From NCBI GenBank assembly GCA_035084275.1, contig CM068755.1, positions 16,058,001 through 16,122,000 on the forward strand: a DNA stretch of 64,000 nt. Direction: 5' to 3'. Shown here in pieces: positions 1 to 12,812 of this stretch. Under the pieces are notes generated by a model. It searched no databases, was not told the DNA's origin, and saw nothing but the letters and a program-made list of their open reading frames with translations. Numbering within the stretch: position 1 is the stretch's first letter; every line of letters begins with the position of its first letter. Origin of the DNA: Hydrolagus colliei. Taxonomy: Eukaryota. The translations under genes and the position numbers were made by a program.

Positions 1-107
1 GATGCTATTCTCCCAGAGTCATTGGACAACTCTTCATCTCCTAAAGACAATCCGTCAATATCCAATCCTCCAGACGAAGAAATACTATTCCGATCCGAGT
101 TACGATC
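1..107 (-). CDS. DENND4A: DENND4A coding exon (partial, truncated by window edge)
   Basis: ttttag acceptor at 108-109; DRNSDRNSISSSGGLDIDGLSLGDEEL, phase 0 matches the previous exon. Confidence 0.85.
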
Positions 108-790
108 CTAAAATATGAAGTCAAACTAAAGGTTAAAACAATTTCAATTTGGCAAACGCAATATCTATTTTCCCTGTGTATTTAAAGTCGTATCATCTTT
201 ATAATTAGTTGCTTAATTGCATTCTCTCCTCTTGAGGCTTGCCTTATGATAAAATGTGAATATAAATAACTCTGCCTTTGCTCTGGAGGTATGAAAAAAA
301 TAAACAGAACTAATAAACAGTTGCATATAACGGTAACGTTTTCTGAGCGTGACTGTCAACTGCTGGAATAATATTCTAATAAATTCGAGTTGTACATTTA
401 AAATAAATCTGAGAATACAACCTTGGGTTTGCAGTAAATATTACTTCTTGCCTTCCCTCCCAGGAGGACATTAAAAGCAAATTATCTAATATCCTAGATA
501 CCAAATGGAATATGTTTCACAGCAGTAACACATTAAGAGTACAGCTTGTGTGGTTAATAAATGTCAACTTAAAACACGGAAATTTCCTTGCCGCGTCTGT
601 TAAGTCTCATTTTTGAAGGGGTCGAGAGATTCCGTGCCCAGTTTACTTTGATGCAATCATTTGCGATGGCTTTTGCAGACAACAATATCTGCAATGCTCT
701 TGCAATCCTGTCACACTCTTCAAAACGAAATACAATCGGCAGCACGCTCAAAAGGTTTGATCTCGTTGAAGCTGCCGGGCGGATTCCTAC

Positions 791-1962
791 CTTCCCATCC
801 TTGACGGGGGTGGCGTACGTAGCGAGCTTGGTGCACCACTTGCTAGCCTTCTCTGCGACACCCTTACCGGCGGAAAACATACTGTGTTTGAGCATGTCGA
901 AGGTAGGTGGCAATAAGGCGTCCAGTTTGAAAGAAGACGGAGACATCAGGGTCAGAGCTGCACTCGGCTCCTGAGCACTGACCCTTCTGCTGCCGCCGGG
1001 AGAAAAAGACGGAGAGGACCACAGCCGGTCCCTTTTCTTGGCATGTGGTTGAAACGTCCTGGATCGGGATATTCCCACGGCTCTGGGCGAGCTCGCCGTG
1101 AGGCTGGAGAGGCTCGATCTTCTGGATTCCTTAACAACGGGAAGGTGTTTAACATTGGATGGGTTTATCCGCTCATCCTCGTCCTGCCTTGAGAAGTCCA
1201 TGCTGGGAGCGCGGCTACTCAAAGGGCTGCTTATAGAGTTCATGTACATCTCGATCTCTTCAGCCAAGTCCCTCCGAGCTGAAGGAGTCGAGGGACATTT
1301 GTTGTAGTCTTCTTCCTCTTCCTCCTCTTTCCCCTGACCCGTTTCCGCGACCAAAAGCGAGAGAGGATCGAACCCTGCTTCAACACCTCTTCTTTCGGCC
1401 GCTCTGACGCTGACTCCAGCACTCAGACTCCTCTGTAAGCGTTTGGGCAGCGGTCCTCGTCTTGATCTGTTACAAGGTCTCAGGCTAGACTCCACGATGT
1501 CAGGTTCGGGGTCTAAATCCTCCAAGTCAAATATGACGGGCGAGTCAGTTTTATTCTCCTCACTGTTCATAGCTTCATCGCCTTCATACTGAGCATCTTC
1601 ATCACTCAGCTCCTTCTCTGGGCTGTCACTGCGCTGCTCTGGGCTACGCCTGGGTCTGCCAATGTCTAGGGTTTTGGGTCTTGCGGCGATGTGTAAAGCA
1701 GTCGAAAGTATCTTGGCATCAGCGCCCAATTTCTCGGCAATTTCAGCGGGGTCTGGATCGACGCTTCCCCTCTTCATCATAAGCCCCAACAAACCACCAC
1801 CACTAAGATGCCGATTCCGGTCTCTCCACACCATTTGCTCTTTCAGCCCGGGCTCCGCCGCGCTCTTGTGCCTCTTGCGTAAACTGTTGCTCTGAACCAG
1901 CCCAGGTTCCGGATACCCAGCGTCGTCAAAGGATGCCGTGAACAGCAGTCCTGCCACGTTTG
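791..1962 (-). CDS. DENND4A: DENND4A large coding exon (1172 nt, Ser-rich linker)
   Basis: Core of ORF 569..1957; motifs RKRHKS, EKLGADAKIL, RRDLAEEIEMYM, FSAGKGVAEKASKW; acceptor cgcag, donor AAG|gtagga. Confidence 0.93.
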
Positions 1963-2554
1963 CTGCGAATCAAACATTGGAACAGTTGCTGTTAATTCTC
2001 AACCTGGTTCAAGAATGTATTCATATAAATAAGTAAAGGGAAATACATTTCAATGAATACACTCCCTTCCTTCACATCAATCTCCCATGAAGAAAATGCA
2101 TATTAAAATTTATGTATTGACCTTGGACAAAAGTCAAATACACTCGAATTAAATTTAGCGGCATCTACATCTGAATCATCTAAAGCTTACAATAACCCAT
2201 TACCCAAACAATTACCCTTTGTTCACCAGTCAAGCACTCAGTTATAGTGTACATCTGAAAAGGAGTTTAGTGCTTCATACAGGGTGGTAGGAATGTCAAA
2301 CTTACTGTAGATGAAGCAAATAGGATCAATGCATTTCAGAGAAAATGAGGGAGAAGGGAATAGGGGGCTACAGATGAGGGGAATAGGAGGGGTGTAGGGG
2401 AGGGGGTGGCTATATAAGGTATAAACTGGCATGGACTAAATGGCTCATTTTCAATCTGTAATTATCAAATTTATAGAAATTTCTAATCAGAGAAAGTTCA
2501 TTTCAGAAGTGTGATATAATTGCCCACACGTAAAGACGGAACTGGATAACACAC

Positions 2555-2710
2555 CATTGTTTTCCTCAGGGCTCTGCCTTGGCTTTGTGGTGTCAAAGCT
2601 GCAGTTCATCTTCACAATACTGGTCACAGACTTTAAATCACTTGTCGTTCCTTGAAAATCCAGCTGAGACAGACACTCGCCACTGCTCTTTGCACTTTCA
2701 CTCTCAGACA
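2555..2710 (-). CDS. DENND4A: DENND4A coding exon (156 nt)
   Basis: LSESESAKSSGECLSQL...; acceptor cgcag, donor ATG|gtgtgt (donor less certain), phase 1-1. Confidence 0.8.
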
Positions 2711-3539
2711 CTGCGAGCAATGTGAGAAATACAACAATGGCCAATTAATTGAGGAAAGTACACAATACATTTCTTCAATGGTCAATAGATCTGCAGTAAT
2801 CACTAGACTGTTGTTAATCTTCTTGATGTGACTAAGGGACAGACTGGTAACCAGGTCAGTCAGTCCCAGAAATAAAATTCCCTGCGGAAAATTCAACCCA
2901 AACAGATGAGAGTAACGTATAGTTTGGAATCATTTTCGATCTTCTAGTTAGGAAGGTGTCACCCTCGTGCATTCCTTACTCAGAAACATCTACATATTGA
3001 AGGCAAGTGACTTTCGCTCCCAGGTAGCAGCTTCTGTCTTTATTTCCACGTCACCTGAATCACAAATGTGTAACCTCGTGGGCGTGCATTACTTGTAGGG
3101 ATGGTTGGTGGAAATGGATTTACTTTATCTGCAATTTCCCCAGTTAATTCAACCATTATTTGAATTTTAAGAGTTTTTTTTTCTTACAACAATATCTGCA
3201 CTCGGAGGACACAAAACAGATCACCTCCCTCTCTACTGCACTAGATGCCCATTTTGGGGTATTCCAACATTTTATCGATAAGTTGCACCATTCACTTGCA
3301 AATAAATGGTCTCTACACATTTCCTAGGACTGTACTGACAAATGCAGTACCCTGCAGAGATATGCAGAAAGTAATCGCAGTAAGGATTCCCTAGCTGGTT
3401 GCACAGTTATCACTGGATCATAAACAAGTGGTCCTTTTCATCTTGTCGCAGCTGTTAAAATAAGTCATGCTGTTTGATGCTCTTTAAAGTTGTGAAAAAA
3501 AAGAAACCTTAGCGGGTGGTACGAAAGGAGAAAACATAC

Positions 3540-3683
3540 ATGAACTGGAGTCACTGCCTTTCTTGTATTCCTTATCCACAGGTTCGCCGGTAGCAGATTG
3601 CTCGGAATCCAGGCCCGAAGACACCTCTCCTCGCCTAACTTCCTCTTTCGATAAAGAGTTGTAACCAAGGTCAGATTGTCCAC
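3540..3683 (-). CDS. DENND4A: DENND4A coding exon (144 nt)
   Basis: GGQSDLGYNSLSKEEVRRG...KGSDSSS; ag/gtatgt, phase 1-1. Confidence 0.9.
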
Positions 3684-5220
3684 CTTAAGATTGGAGACAA
3701 AATTAAAGGGCATTTTCAGCCACAAGAAAATATCCCTATTCACTGAAGTAGTGCTACTTCTCTTATTGCACATATTTTCCATTTAAAAACCTCGCCCTTT
3801 GGAACAACTCCACCCTATTTCCTATGGAGCGCAATATGGCGTGCAGCATGACCAGCTGACCTTCTCATGGCTGCCATCAAACAATAGGAGGAATGGAAGA
3901 ACCAGATGTTCCCCCTTTCCTCTGGACGAGGTTCTCCAATCTGCAAACTCAGGGCCAGCTGAGAAATAGCGTAACTTGAGAGGCTTTAAATACTGGTTGG
4001 GGCTTGGCCAAAGCCTTCAACATAAATTCGCCACGTGAAATAATGTAATCCTAGATACTGTGCAAATGTTTCCTCAAATTAATTTCTAAGATGAAATAAC
4101 ATATTATATTGATTACCCCCCCCCCCCACCACCTCTTACAGCAGGCAGTCCCTTTTATACATTTCATCTCAATGGCATTCAACACTCCCACTCTATCCCA
4201 GATCACTTGAAGCATTGCAAAATTAGTTATTTAAAAAAATAATTCCCTCTCCAATTCTGTTCCATAAATCAACCTTTAGGCAATAGGACAAGAAACCAAG
4301 TTGTTGCTATGGAGTTGTCACTATGCAGTTGTCAACTTTTTTCTTGAAACATTAACTAGAAAGTGTCCACGATTCAGCCAAGGTGATTTGCGTAGGCTGA
4401 CACTTCAAAGCAATGTTGCGTTACTGAAATGTCATCCAATGCAGTATGCCATCATTAAAATATATGTCAGTGTACCACTCAACCACTGTCTTTCAAATCT
4501 TGTCTGCCTTCTCGTTCGGTTTATACGAACATTAAAATCTCTGTGGTATTACTTGGAAAACACTACTGAGTTAGTTATCTTGTTGCCCCGGACAATATTT
4601 CTTCCTCATCCAAATCTGTTTTAACACACAGGTCAGTTCTTCATCTCATTACTATGTGTGAGATGTTACTGATGCAGACTATCAGCTGCATTTGCCTATA
4701 TAATATTTCAAAGTAACTCATGACTTGACATCAATATTCTATGGATTTATTTTAAAAACTCTGTGCATGATCTTTAACTAGTCCAGGCTGTACTGACCAC
4801 TGGATGAATTCCTGATCAAGTGGAATCTGACAAGCAGAGATGACATCCATGGAGAGGAAAGGGAAAACAAGAGGGGAAAATCACTTCAAATAGTTTGTAT
4901 GCTCTTGGGTCTCTTTCCAAAGCCACATTGACAGACATCTCAGCGAAAATCCCACCTTAATGGTTAAAGTTCAACATTCGAAGTGTTCCATTCCATTCCA
5001 AATAACTGGGTGATTTTGGATTGATCTGACACAGATACAAAACTGATATTTTGACAAATTGCTTTATAACAAAAAACAGGGATTTTCTGCATCTTTACAC
5101 ATAGCTTGTCTTTAAAACAGATGACAGAATTAAAGAAAAGCTTATGAGAAATATGACTGAAGAGAAACAGAAACGGAAACAAAGACAAGAAAAGAGACTG
5201 GACCGACAGGGTACAGTTAC

Positions 5221-5331
5221 CTGAAAACCCACAGGCATCTTGCAATTCTGGGGAAATCCACAGAGTGTGATAGGGGTATCGTTCGTACCAGAATTCTGGG
5301 TTGTCATATCCAGAGCTAGAACCAAGCCTAG
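5221..5331 (-). CDS. DENND4A: Candidate DENND4A alternative cassette exon (111 nt)
   Basis: Polypyrimidine tract plus cgcag acceptor, CAG|gtaact donor, open in phase 1-1 (ARLGSSSGYDNPEFWYERYPYHTLWISPELQDACGFS). Confidence 0.5.
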
Positions 5332-5533
5332 CTGCGTGCAGAAAGTAAACATGGAGGGGGAAGATGCAACAGATAGGTAAAGAACATTTGGAAGGATCAC
5401 AAGGAAGGTTTATTTAGGAAAGCAAAGACGAGAGACAAAATGGACACAAGATTGCACAGGGAAAGCGAGAAAAATGAATAAATAAAAAGAGACATTTGAG
5501 TGGATAGATTTTGGTGACATCTCTTAAAAGTAC

Positions 5534-5665
5534 CTGTACTAGATCTATCATCAGTGGAATCTACTTTCATCAGCTCAGAGCTGAATTGGGGTTGTTCCAC
5601 AGTGTTAGTGTCATTAGAACTATCCATGCTGCCGTGACTGACGGCGTCCAGGTCACTGCCATCTG
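5534..5665 (-). CDS. DENND4A: DENND4A coding exon (132 or 129 nt; NAGNAG acceptor)
   Basis: (A)[19 protein letters not shown]...DDRSST; acceptor aag/cag tandem, donor CAG|gtactt. Confidence 0.9.
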
Positions 5666-5949
5666 CTTAGAGAACAGAAAACATTAACACGACTAACATT
5701 ACCAAGAATCGACTTTCAAGTCGATCAATAAGAGCTCTTTTTGAAACAAGAGATTTTGATTTACTTTAACATTGTGTCAAATTAACCCCAAAATTCAAAC
5801 CAAGTACCAAAGCGCTCACAAAGCACAGCTCAATCTGAATTATTATTTTCTTCTTCAGCACCTTGGGACATCCTGCTGACTTGAAAGGCACTGTACAAGT
5901 GTAATTTTGTTGTTGTTCTTTGAATTATTCTATGCTCTGGTACTAGGAG

Positions 5950-6400
5950 TTGCAAGCGCAGTAGCTAAGCTTGCAGACGAAATCAAGCTAATGAAGGTGA
6001 TAGACTGCAAAGCGGAACCAGTCAGATTACAGGAGGATTTGAACATACCTGGGAACTGGGCAGATCAAATCTTGAGGCGGGACTTGAAGGAGGCTAGGGA
6101 GGGGCAGAGGGAATACGGGATGGAATCTACATGAACACTATTTCAGTGAGCAGATAGTGAATCTGTGGAATAGGCTCCCTAGGGAGACAACAACAACAAA
6201 ATTGCACATCGGGAGGACCGTCCCAAGGCGCTGACGTTCGAAGCAGGAAGTGTTGATTCTCTGAAACGCAGATTAAATCGTTTTCTTTTAGGAAATAACG
6301 TATGGGAATATAGTTTATAGGTAGTTTGGGACATATGTAGATGTGACCGCCAGGAAGGTAGAAGGTGAACTAAATGGACCTTGGTCTTTCACCATCTAGC
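5950..6400 (+). mobile_element. Degenerate CR1-type LINE 3' fragments with nested L2 pieces
   Basis: KLADEIKL (KFADDTK-like) and gatagtgaatctgtggaataggctccct (RVVNLWNxLP-like). Confidence 0.5.
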
Positions 6401-6546
6401 ATTTCTTATGCGGTTGGTTTATAAAGCCCTACCTAATGAAGAGAGGTAAATAACCAAGATTATCAATGTTGCATGGTTAAATAAACAAGTATTACAGAAG
6501 GAAGTTTCTAATTGGCAAACAATGCTGTAACCTGACTTTGTCATAC

Positions 6547-6694
6547 CCGAGAGTATCGGGGTCTGTAGTGGGTTTGATGGAAGTTTTTTCAAAGATTTTC
6601 GGAACTGAGCTGTTGCAAGCAGAACGTTCCTTATTTTCATCCACAGAAAGTATCCGCCACCATTGCTGGATGGCCACGTGCTCTCCAAAACCGC
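6547..6694 (-). CDS. DENND4A: DENND4A coding exon (148 nt)
   Basis: [24 protein letters not shown]...; tgcag / gtatga. Confidence 0.93.
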
Positions 6695-6985
6695 CTGCAA
6701 AACACAACGAGAAGCTCCATCAACCAACCAACCAACCAAACAATACATACAAACCACAAAACACTGCAAGTACGTAAGTTGACTCATTAAAATTTTATAG
6801 TTTTGTGGCATCAAACACACAAAGGTTATGTCAATATTAGTTGGACAGGCAAGAGAAACAATCTCTGGATCACCCAGGATTGTTATTAGTGGATGTTATT
6901 AACTATCAAACAGTAGTTGGCAGAATTGGTAAAATAAAGTACATTACATTCTGATGCTCCACTTCCAGCATTTGCACCCTCTTAC

Positions 6986-7114
6986 CTTGTTATAGTACCC
7001 ATATGTTATAGCATTGGGGGGAACCCCAGCTTTCTTCATCTCAAATAAAACCCGGACGGCTAGCACTGGTTGCCCATATTGTCCGCACAACTGCATTAGA
7101 ACACGGTAACACAC
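6986..7114 (-). CDS. DENND4A: DENND4A coding exon (129 nt, PPR-like motif)
   Basis: [43 protein letters not shown]; cag / gtaaga. Confidence 0.95.
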
Positions 7115-7592
7115 CTGGGGAAGGATTTTTTTTTTCTGTTAACAAGACATTCTTCAGTAAAAAACAAGATTCCCATTGAAAAGAAAAATACGGGAATTGC
7201 ATAATATACCACATGCAACTTGAGAGGAGAATGGAGATTTGAAAATGACATCTCCATAAATAAAAAGCAAAGTACAAGGTAGAATCTGTATTTTCCTTCA
7301 GTGAGGGGGTACTATTTGCTACAAACATTGTATTAAATACTGTAAATGTAACCTTGTGCAGTAAATGTGTTTGGGAAATCTCTGCCATTTGTTAAGATAC
7401 CAAAAAAAACTAAAACTGATTTCCTTTTGTTACACATTAGATTAAACAAAAAGTGAGCATGAAGTAGTTTGCTATTAAATGATGTTTAAATAAATATATA
7501 TTTTTAACCGTCTTATTTTCTTCCCAATCAACTATCGACCCACGCCGAAGGCTTCACTTATCTGCAACCCCGGTTGTGACCGGATTGTATAC

Positions 7593-7799
7593 CTCGTCTG
7601 GTGGCTCGAGCTTCTTGACTTGCATCTTTCTCAGTACGTCATAAGCCGTGCGAAGAGCCCTGACCTTTGAATGGCAAACCTTCACGTAGGCAGGCAGGCA
7701 GATGAACCACAGACCGTAGCAATGACGCAGGAGACATTTTGACCACATCTGTGGGATTGATGAATATCTTTTTGCAATTTTCTGAGCTGATTTGATCTC
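7593..7799 (-). CDS. DENND4A: DENND4A coding exon (207 nt)
   Basis: [36 protein letters not shown]...PPDE. Confidence 0.95.
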
Positions 7800-8097
7800 C
7801 TGCAATGCATTTGAAAAAAAAGCAGATGAACAATTCTAATCACATGGCGTAAAACCGCAGACAAGTCAATCCCAATTTTAAAATCACTGTTCTGCTAAAT
7901 TGTTTGCATGTTTATGTCACTCTCACATGTGCAGAGAATATAGAAATACATATAAACATCACTTACCAAATGTTTGCTAAAGTCCACATCACAATAAGTG
8001 TACATACATCTGATTTTTAAAAATATTCTAAATGATGTTTTAATTTTTCTATGTTCTGATAGTATTTGAAAACACACACATATAAGCATCAAAGTAC

Positions 8098-8233
8098 CTG
8101 CTTAGTTCTTCTGACCATTGGCGCTGGACTGCTGGGACAACTGTGTTTTGAAGATAAGTTGCTAGGATGAGACTTAAGTAGGCCCTCCGGTGTGTCAAAC
8201 AGCCCTGGTATCAGCACAGGGAAGCCGTTGTAA
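8098..8233 (-). CDS. DENND4A: DENND4A coding exon (136 nt)
   Basis: YNGFPVL...SSPAPMVRRTKQ; ttcag / gtactt. Confidence 0.93.
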
Positions 8234-8806
8234 CTGAAGGAAGAAAAAAGAGAAAGTCAGATAGAGAACAACCAACAGTGAAACATTCGTATGGCAAATA
8301 ACAACAACAACAATCAATAGTACACAATCTGCAACCAATACCGTCTCGATTGAAGTCGATCGCCACCTAAATTAAATTAGATTGGCTAATAGAGCTTGTT
8401 TACAGTTGCACTAGTGCCAGAGAAAGTATTCTCTTTTGCTATACTGTATAACCAAACCCGGAAACACAATTAACTTAGGAATCCGGAGGACATCTCAAAG
8501 TGCTTTACATCTGCAACTTGTAGCCTAAACTTGAATGCGTGGACACAGAGGATGAGGGGAAGGGATAGCTAGAAGTGAGGGGCAAAAAGATAAATCTTAA
8601 AATTGTTCAAGTAAGCCTTTAAATAACAATTTAGTTTCACAATACTGTAATATTAGTATCCTTGTTGTTGGTGATATGTCCTTTGATGGTTCAGACCTCA
8701 TCATTTTATAGTCAAGATTTCTTGTAACTTTGAGAATAAATTGAGGGGCAACAAAAAAAATAGCATCGCAAAGGCTATCTGACTCCCGCAAGCTTCACGC
8801 TGGTAC

Positions 8807-8940
8807 CTGTACTGAAGTGGATGCTCTTCCTCATTGGGCAGGGCTGGCAGTTCAGGAGGTGTGATGAACACTGTGTGCTCACTTCTGTGAGACTCGTCCA
8901 GTTCTATCAGTCGCATGTCATCTGGGCGCTCCACATCCAG
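8807..8940 (-). CDS. DENND4A: DENND4A coding exon (134 nt)
   Basis: [32 protein letters not shown]...LQY. Confidence 0.93.
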
Positions 8941-11091
8941 CTGAGTTAATTCAAAAAGACAATCACTCGGGTCAGCATCAGTCACACTGCACATTGCTCA
9001 CAGGCAGATTCTTCACTCTGCTCTATATAGAACCATCACCACGAGTGATAGCAAACAAAATCCTAAACACAGGAGATCGATCGCCTTGGATGGATGAGTG
9101 TTTTTTAAGATTGTTTTGTACCTTTTTTCCCCCCTTTGTTGGGATTCTGTCCATACACAGACAGAACTATCAGTGACACACTGAGAACCATTTATTGTAA
9201 TCCAAGATTACAGGGGTTTGGATTATAAATCCAAGATCTTTCCAAGATGTTACCCACTTTTGAAGCAGAAGAGATACCCTCTACAAACAATGCATCACAT
9301 CACTATTTAGCTGCCCACATCATTTTGTTTTGTATGGTATTTAAGTATGATTGCTTCTCCAAAACATACTTTTATCTTTGTGTAGAGAGAACGAGATAGT
9401 TACTATTAAAGATCAACCAGGGCATGTTTCTGCTTTAAACCATGTTAGGATTAGTACTTGAAAACAATATCAGAATGGTTACTGCATTTAGATGATGAGG
9501 CCTCATCTACTAAATCACAGGAAGCTCCACAGGTGTGCATTCCAACACATCAGCTGAGCAGCCACAACATATGTTATCCCTTAAGGACAAATGGAGGAAT
9601 AGAAACGGACACCAACTTGTCCATTCCTGCTCAATTTGTTCATGCTTACAAAGTGACAAAACTGATTTAATGCTCCTTTGGCTCATTCATACGAATGACG
9701 CACAATTTCAAGCGGGTTCTGTGTGCAACGAAAACCATCCAATAAATTTGACCCTTTCACTGAAAAAACAGGCTTTGGTCCCAACACAGTACGATCTCAT
9801 TAAGAGAATAAAAGGTCCATTAGCTGTCAGGAATGCAATAAAGCTCGACTGTAAAACATGTCAGGATGTTGGAAAGTGAGGTGGGTGCTTTATTTTAAGC
9901 ATTGACACAAGATTGGTTACTAAATCTGCTTTGATGAATTAAGTTGGCTTAGAAGTTGAGGGAATTCTTATGAATGATTGCACTTTCAAAGGCACCTAAG
10001 AAGCTTTTATTGGTGAGAGACGAGTGCAGGTCACTCAGTTCACTACCCAATACTTTTCAACATTCAGAGATTGGTAGGCGACCTACTTTTTCTCTTTGTC
10101 TCACCAGAAGCAAAATTGCAAATTCCTCTGGAAGCTGAATGGAGAGCAACCTCAGCACTGTTCACAGGCACAGCTTTTCCAATTAAATTAATATTTTACT
10201 AGTACAGCTACAAAGCTATTAGCAAAAGTTTCTTAACCGCTTGGCTCCCTACCAGTCAGCATTTGTGCAATCGAGTCCCAAGCGGTGGGGTGGGGGGGGA
10301 GTGGTGGAAACGGGGACGTAATGTGCTACATGAGCTTAAGGGAAAATAATCCGCGTGCCTCCATATCATATAATTCTCTGGGTCACTCATATCGCGAGAT
10401 TTTGTTCCAACTCACTTATCATTTGTGATTTTTGATTGTCAATAGTATGAAGTGAGAAGGAACGACTGAAGAGTTATCTTTACTATTTCTACTATAAAAT
10501 CATATCTATAAGAAGATGCCCTTGATTTTCTAATGTTTTCAGATCTCTTCTCCACTCTTTCTATGTAAGCAGTCACACAGAACTAATATATAGAATGATC
10601 TGCAGTTCATCTCTAGTAAGACAATACAGAGATACTCTCTGCTCATAAACCATGCTGAGATGATGATTACTGATATCAGACTATATAGAGGTAATACTGC
10701 TAATGGCCGAAATAACATACTGACTGGCGATATGTGTTCTAATGCTAATGCATTGATTGTAAAGGGAGCTGATGCTTTCAATTGACTTGGAAGTCTATCT
10801 GGAGACACCCAGCTCTAGAAAACATTCCTGGACAAACATGCCACTGATAGTGACAATTTCCTGACTTAAAACTAGCCTTCAGGGATACTGAGACACGAGT
10901 TCACACTAAAACAGGTACAGAGAAGGAAAAGGAAGGATCTCTATAGAGTAAAACATATACTATTGTAATATGATTTCTCTCAATAGGTAAGAGATAGCTT
11001 GTAAATTATTTTCTTAAAAAGACAAGAGGAATGAGTATGTCTTATAAAGGTACTCTCAAATCAAATGGATGTACAGTATCCACAATAGCAT

Positions 11092-11190
11092 GTCAGTTCT
11101 GACGAATGGTTGTGGACCCGAAACGTCGATTGACTTTCCTTTCTGCATACATGCTTCCTGACCTCCTGCTGAGTGTTCTCTGCGATTACT
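11092..11190 (+). mobile_element. Penelope-like element remnant with minimal hammerhead ribozyme motif
   Basis: GTCAGTT-CTGACGA-(stem II)-GAAACGTC-GATTGAC followed by an atgcttcctgacc..ctgctgagtgttctc tail. Confidence 0.55.
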
Positions 11191-11608
11191 ATTTTTGGTA
11201 GCATGTTACATAATCTCACTAATAAAAAATCTCAATATTACTCAATTTCCAAGTAAACCATGAGGATATAATTGATCAACAAGTTCAGAAACCCATTTAA
11301 CAGTCTGTGATTACTCTAGAACAGATCTTCCCGGTGGGATTTAGTGACCTTAATTTTTAGTTCTAAAGTTAGCCTACTTCTCCTTATGAAAAACAAACCT
11401 GCTTGTTTATTAATAGTAGACTGTCCTTATGACTATTGAAATCTAGATATTAATACAACATCATGTGATAGAATGCAATAGGATATAGATGACCATAGCT
11501 TGACAGTAAAGCATTGACCAGCTAAAAACTATATCTATAATCAGGAGTATGTTTCAGTATTACTCTTTAGAAAGTCTAAGAGGAGACAAGAGTCCCTAAC
11601 AGTCTTAC

Positions 11609-11647
11609 CTTGAATCCTTTATCAGAATTCCTCTCTGAATAGAAAAG
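11609..11647 (-). CDS. DENND4A: Candidate DENND4A 39-nt microexon (LFYSERNSDKGFK)
   Basis: ttcttttttgtcaag acceptor, AAG|gtaaga donor, phase 0-0, open reading frame. Confidence 0.6.
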
Positions 11648-12209
11648 CTTGACAAAAAAAGAACAATCAGGAAGCCAATGAGATAATCGTATAATCAATA
11701 AAGATCCAGGGTGATACGAGGAGCAGTACAAATCATTTTTACATTTAATGCTATCACATTTTTAAGGCTTTCCTACTTAAAAGGGCTTTAATATTCTACT
11801 ATTGTTCACGGGCTTTACACTGGCAATTTTAATTGATAGCTTTTTGAACAAAAAATCCCAATAATTTGAGTTGAACCTGAATAGCAGACCCCGGAACACC
11901 AGCTTACAGAGCAAGTTTTGATCAACTCACAAGGATGCTTTCCTTCCTTTCCTGAACTGTACATATTTCAGGAATGCATTAGGTTCATTATGATAAGTAG
12001 TCTGGAGGAGAGTGACAGACTGCGCTCAGGATCCTTAAAAAACTACAGCACATCAAGAAGGGTGAAGATCAAACTAAAATGACTGCCTGAAATCCCTTAC
12101 AAATCAAGTTCCAGAATATTTGAGCATTTTAGAGGCAGAATAGATTATTAGAAAACATTAGAAATCACATAGTAACATGCCTATTGCAGAAACAATCACA
12201 AAGATTTTA

Positions 12210-12383
<174 letters not shown>

Positions 12384-12812
12384 TTAGTTAATGTGGAGAT
12401 TAATATTATAGAGGTTTATATCATGTAAAGTTTTTTTCCCCTTCCACCACCACAAAAAGAGCTTCAGGCACCTAGAATCACCTTCAAGCAGCTGAATGTA
12501 CAGTGGCATTGGTTGAAAAGTTTAATGGTTTAAGACAGCAATAAATAATAACTATCACAACTCTTAGAAAACACAAACAGAATTCAACAAGTAAATTAGA
12601 AATAGATGAGCATTCCATGCAAAAATTATCTTGAAGGAGTGGATCACTTTTAGGTTATAGGGACACGGCATAGAAAAACGTAGAAAGAGGCAGGAGAAAT
12701 CTCCTATTTTTTTCACAAATAAATCATTCATATGGAAAAAAATTAAATCATCATTAACATTTTGAGGAACTGATATGTGCCATCTGAAACACTTTTGTAA
12801 TGATTCTCTAAC

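Noticed and set aside
588-1895. Plus-strand ORFs overlapping the large DENND4A exon
   Set aside because: Antisense shadows of a real coding exon
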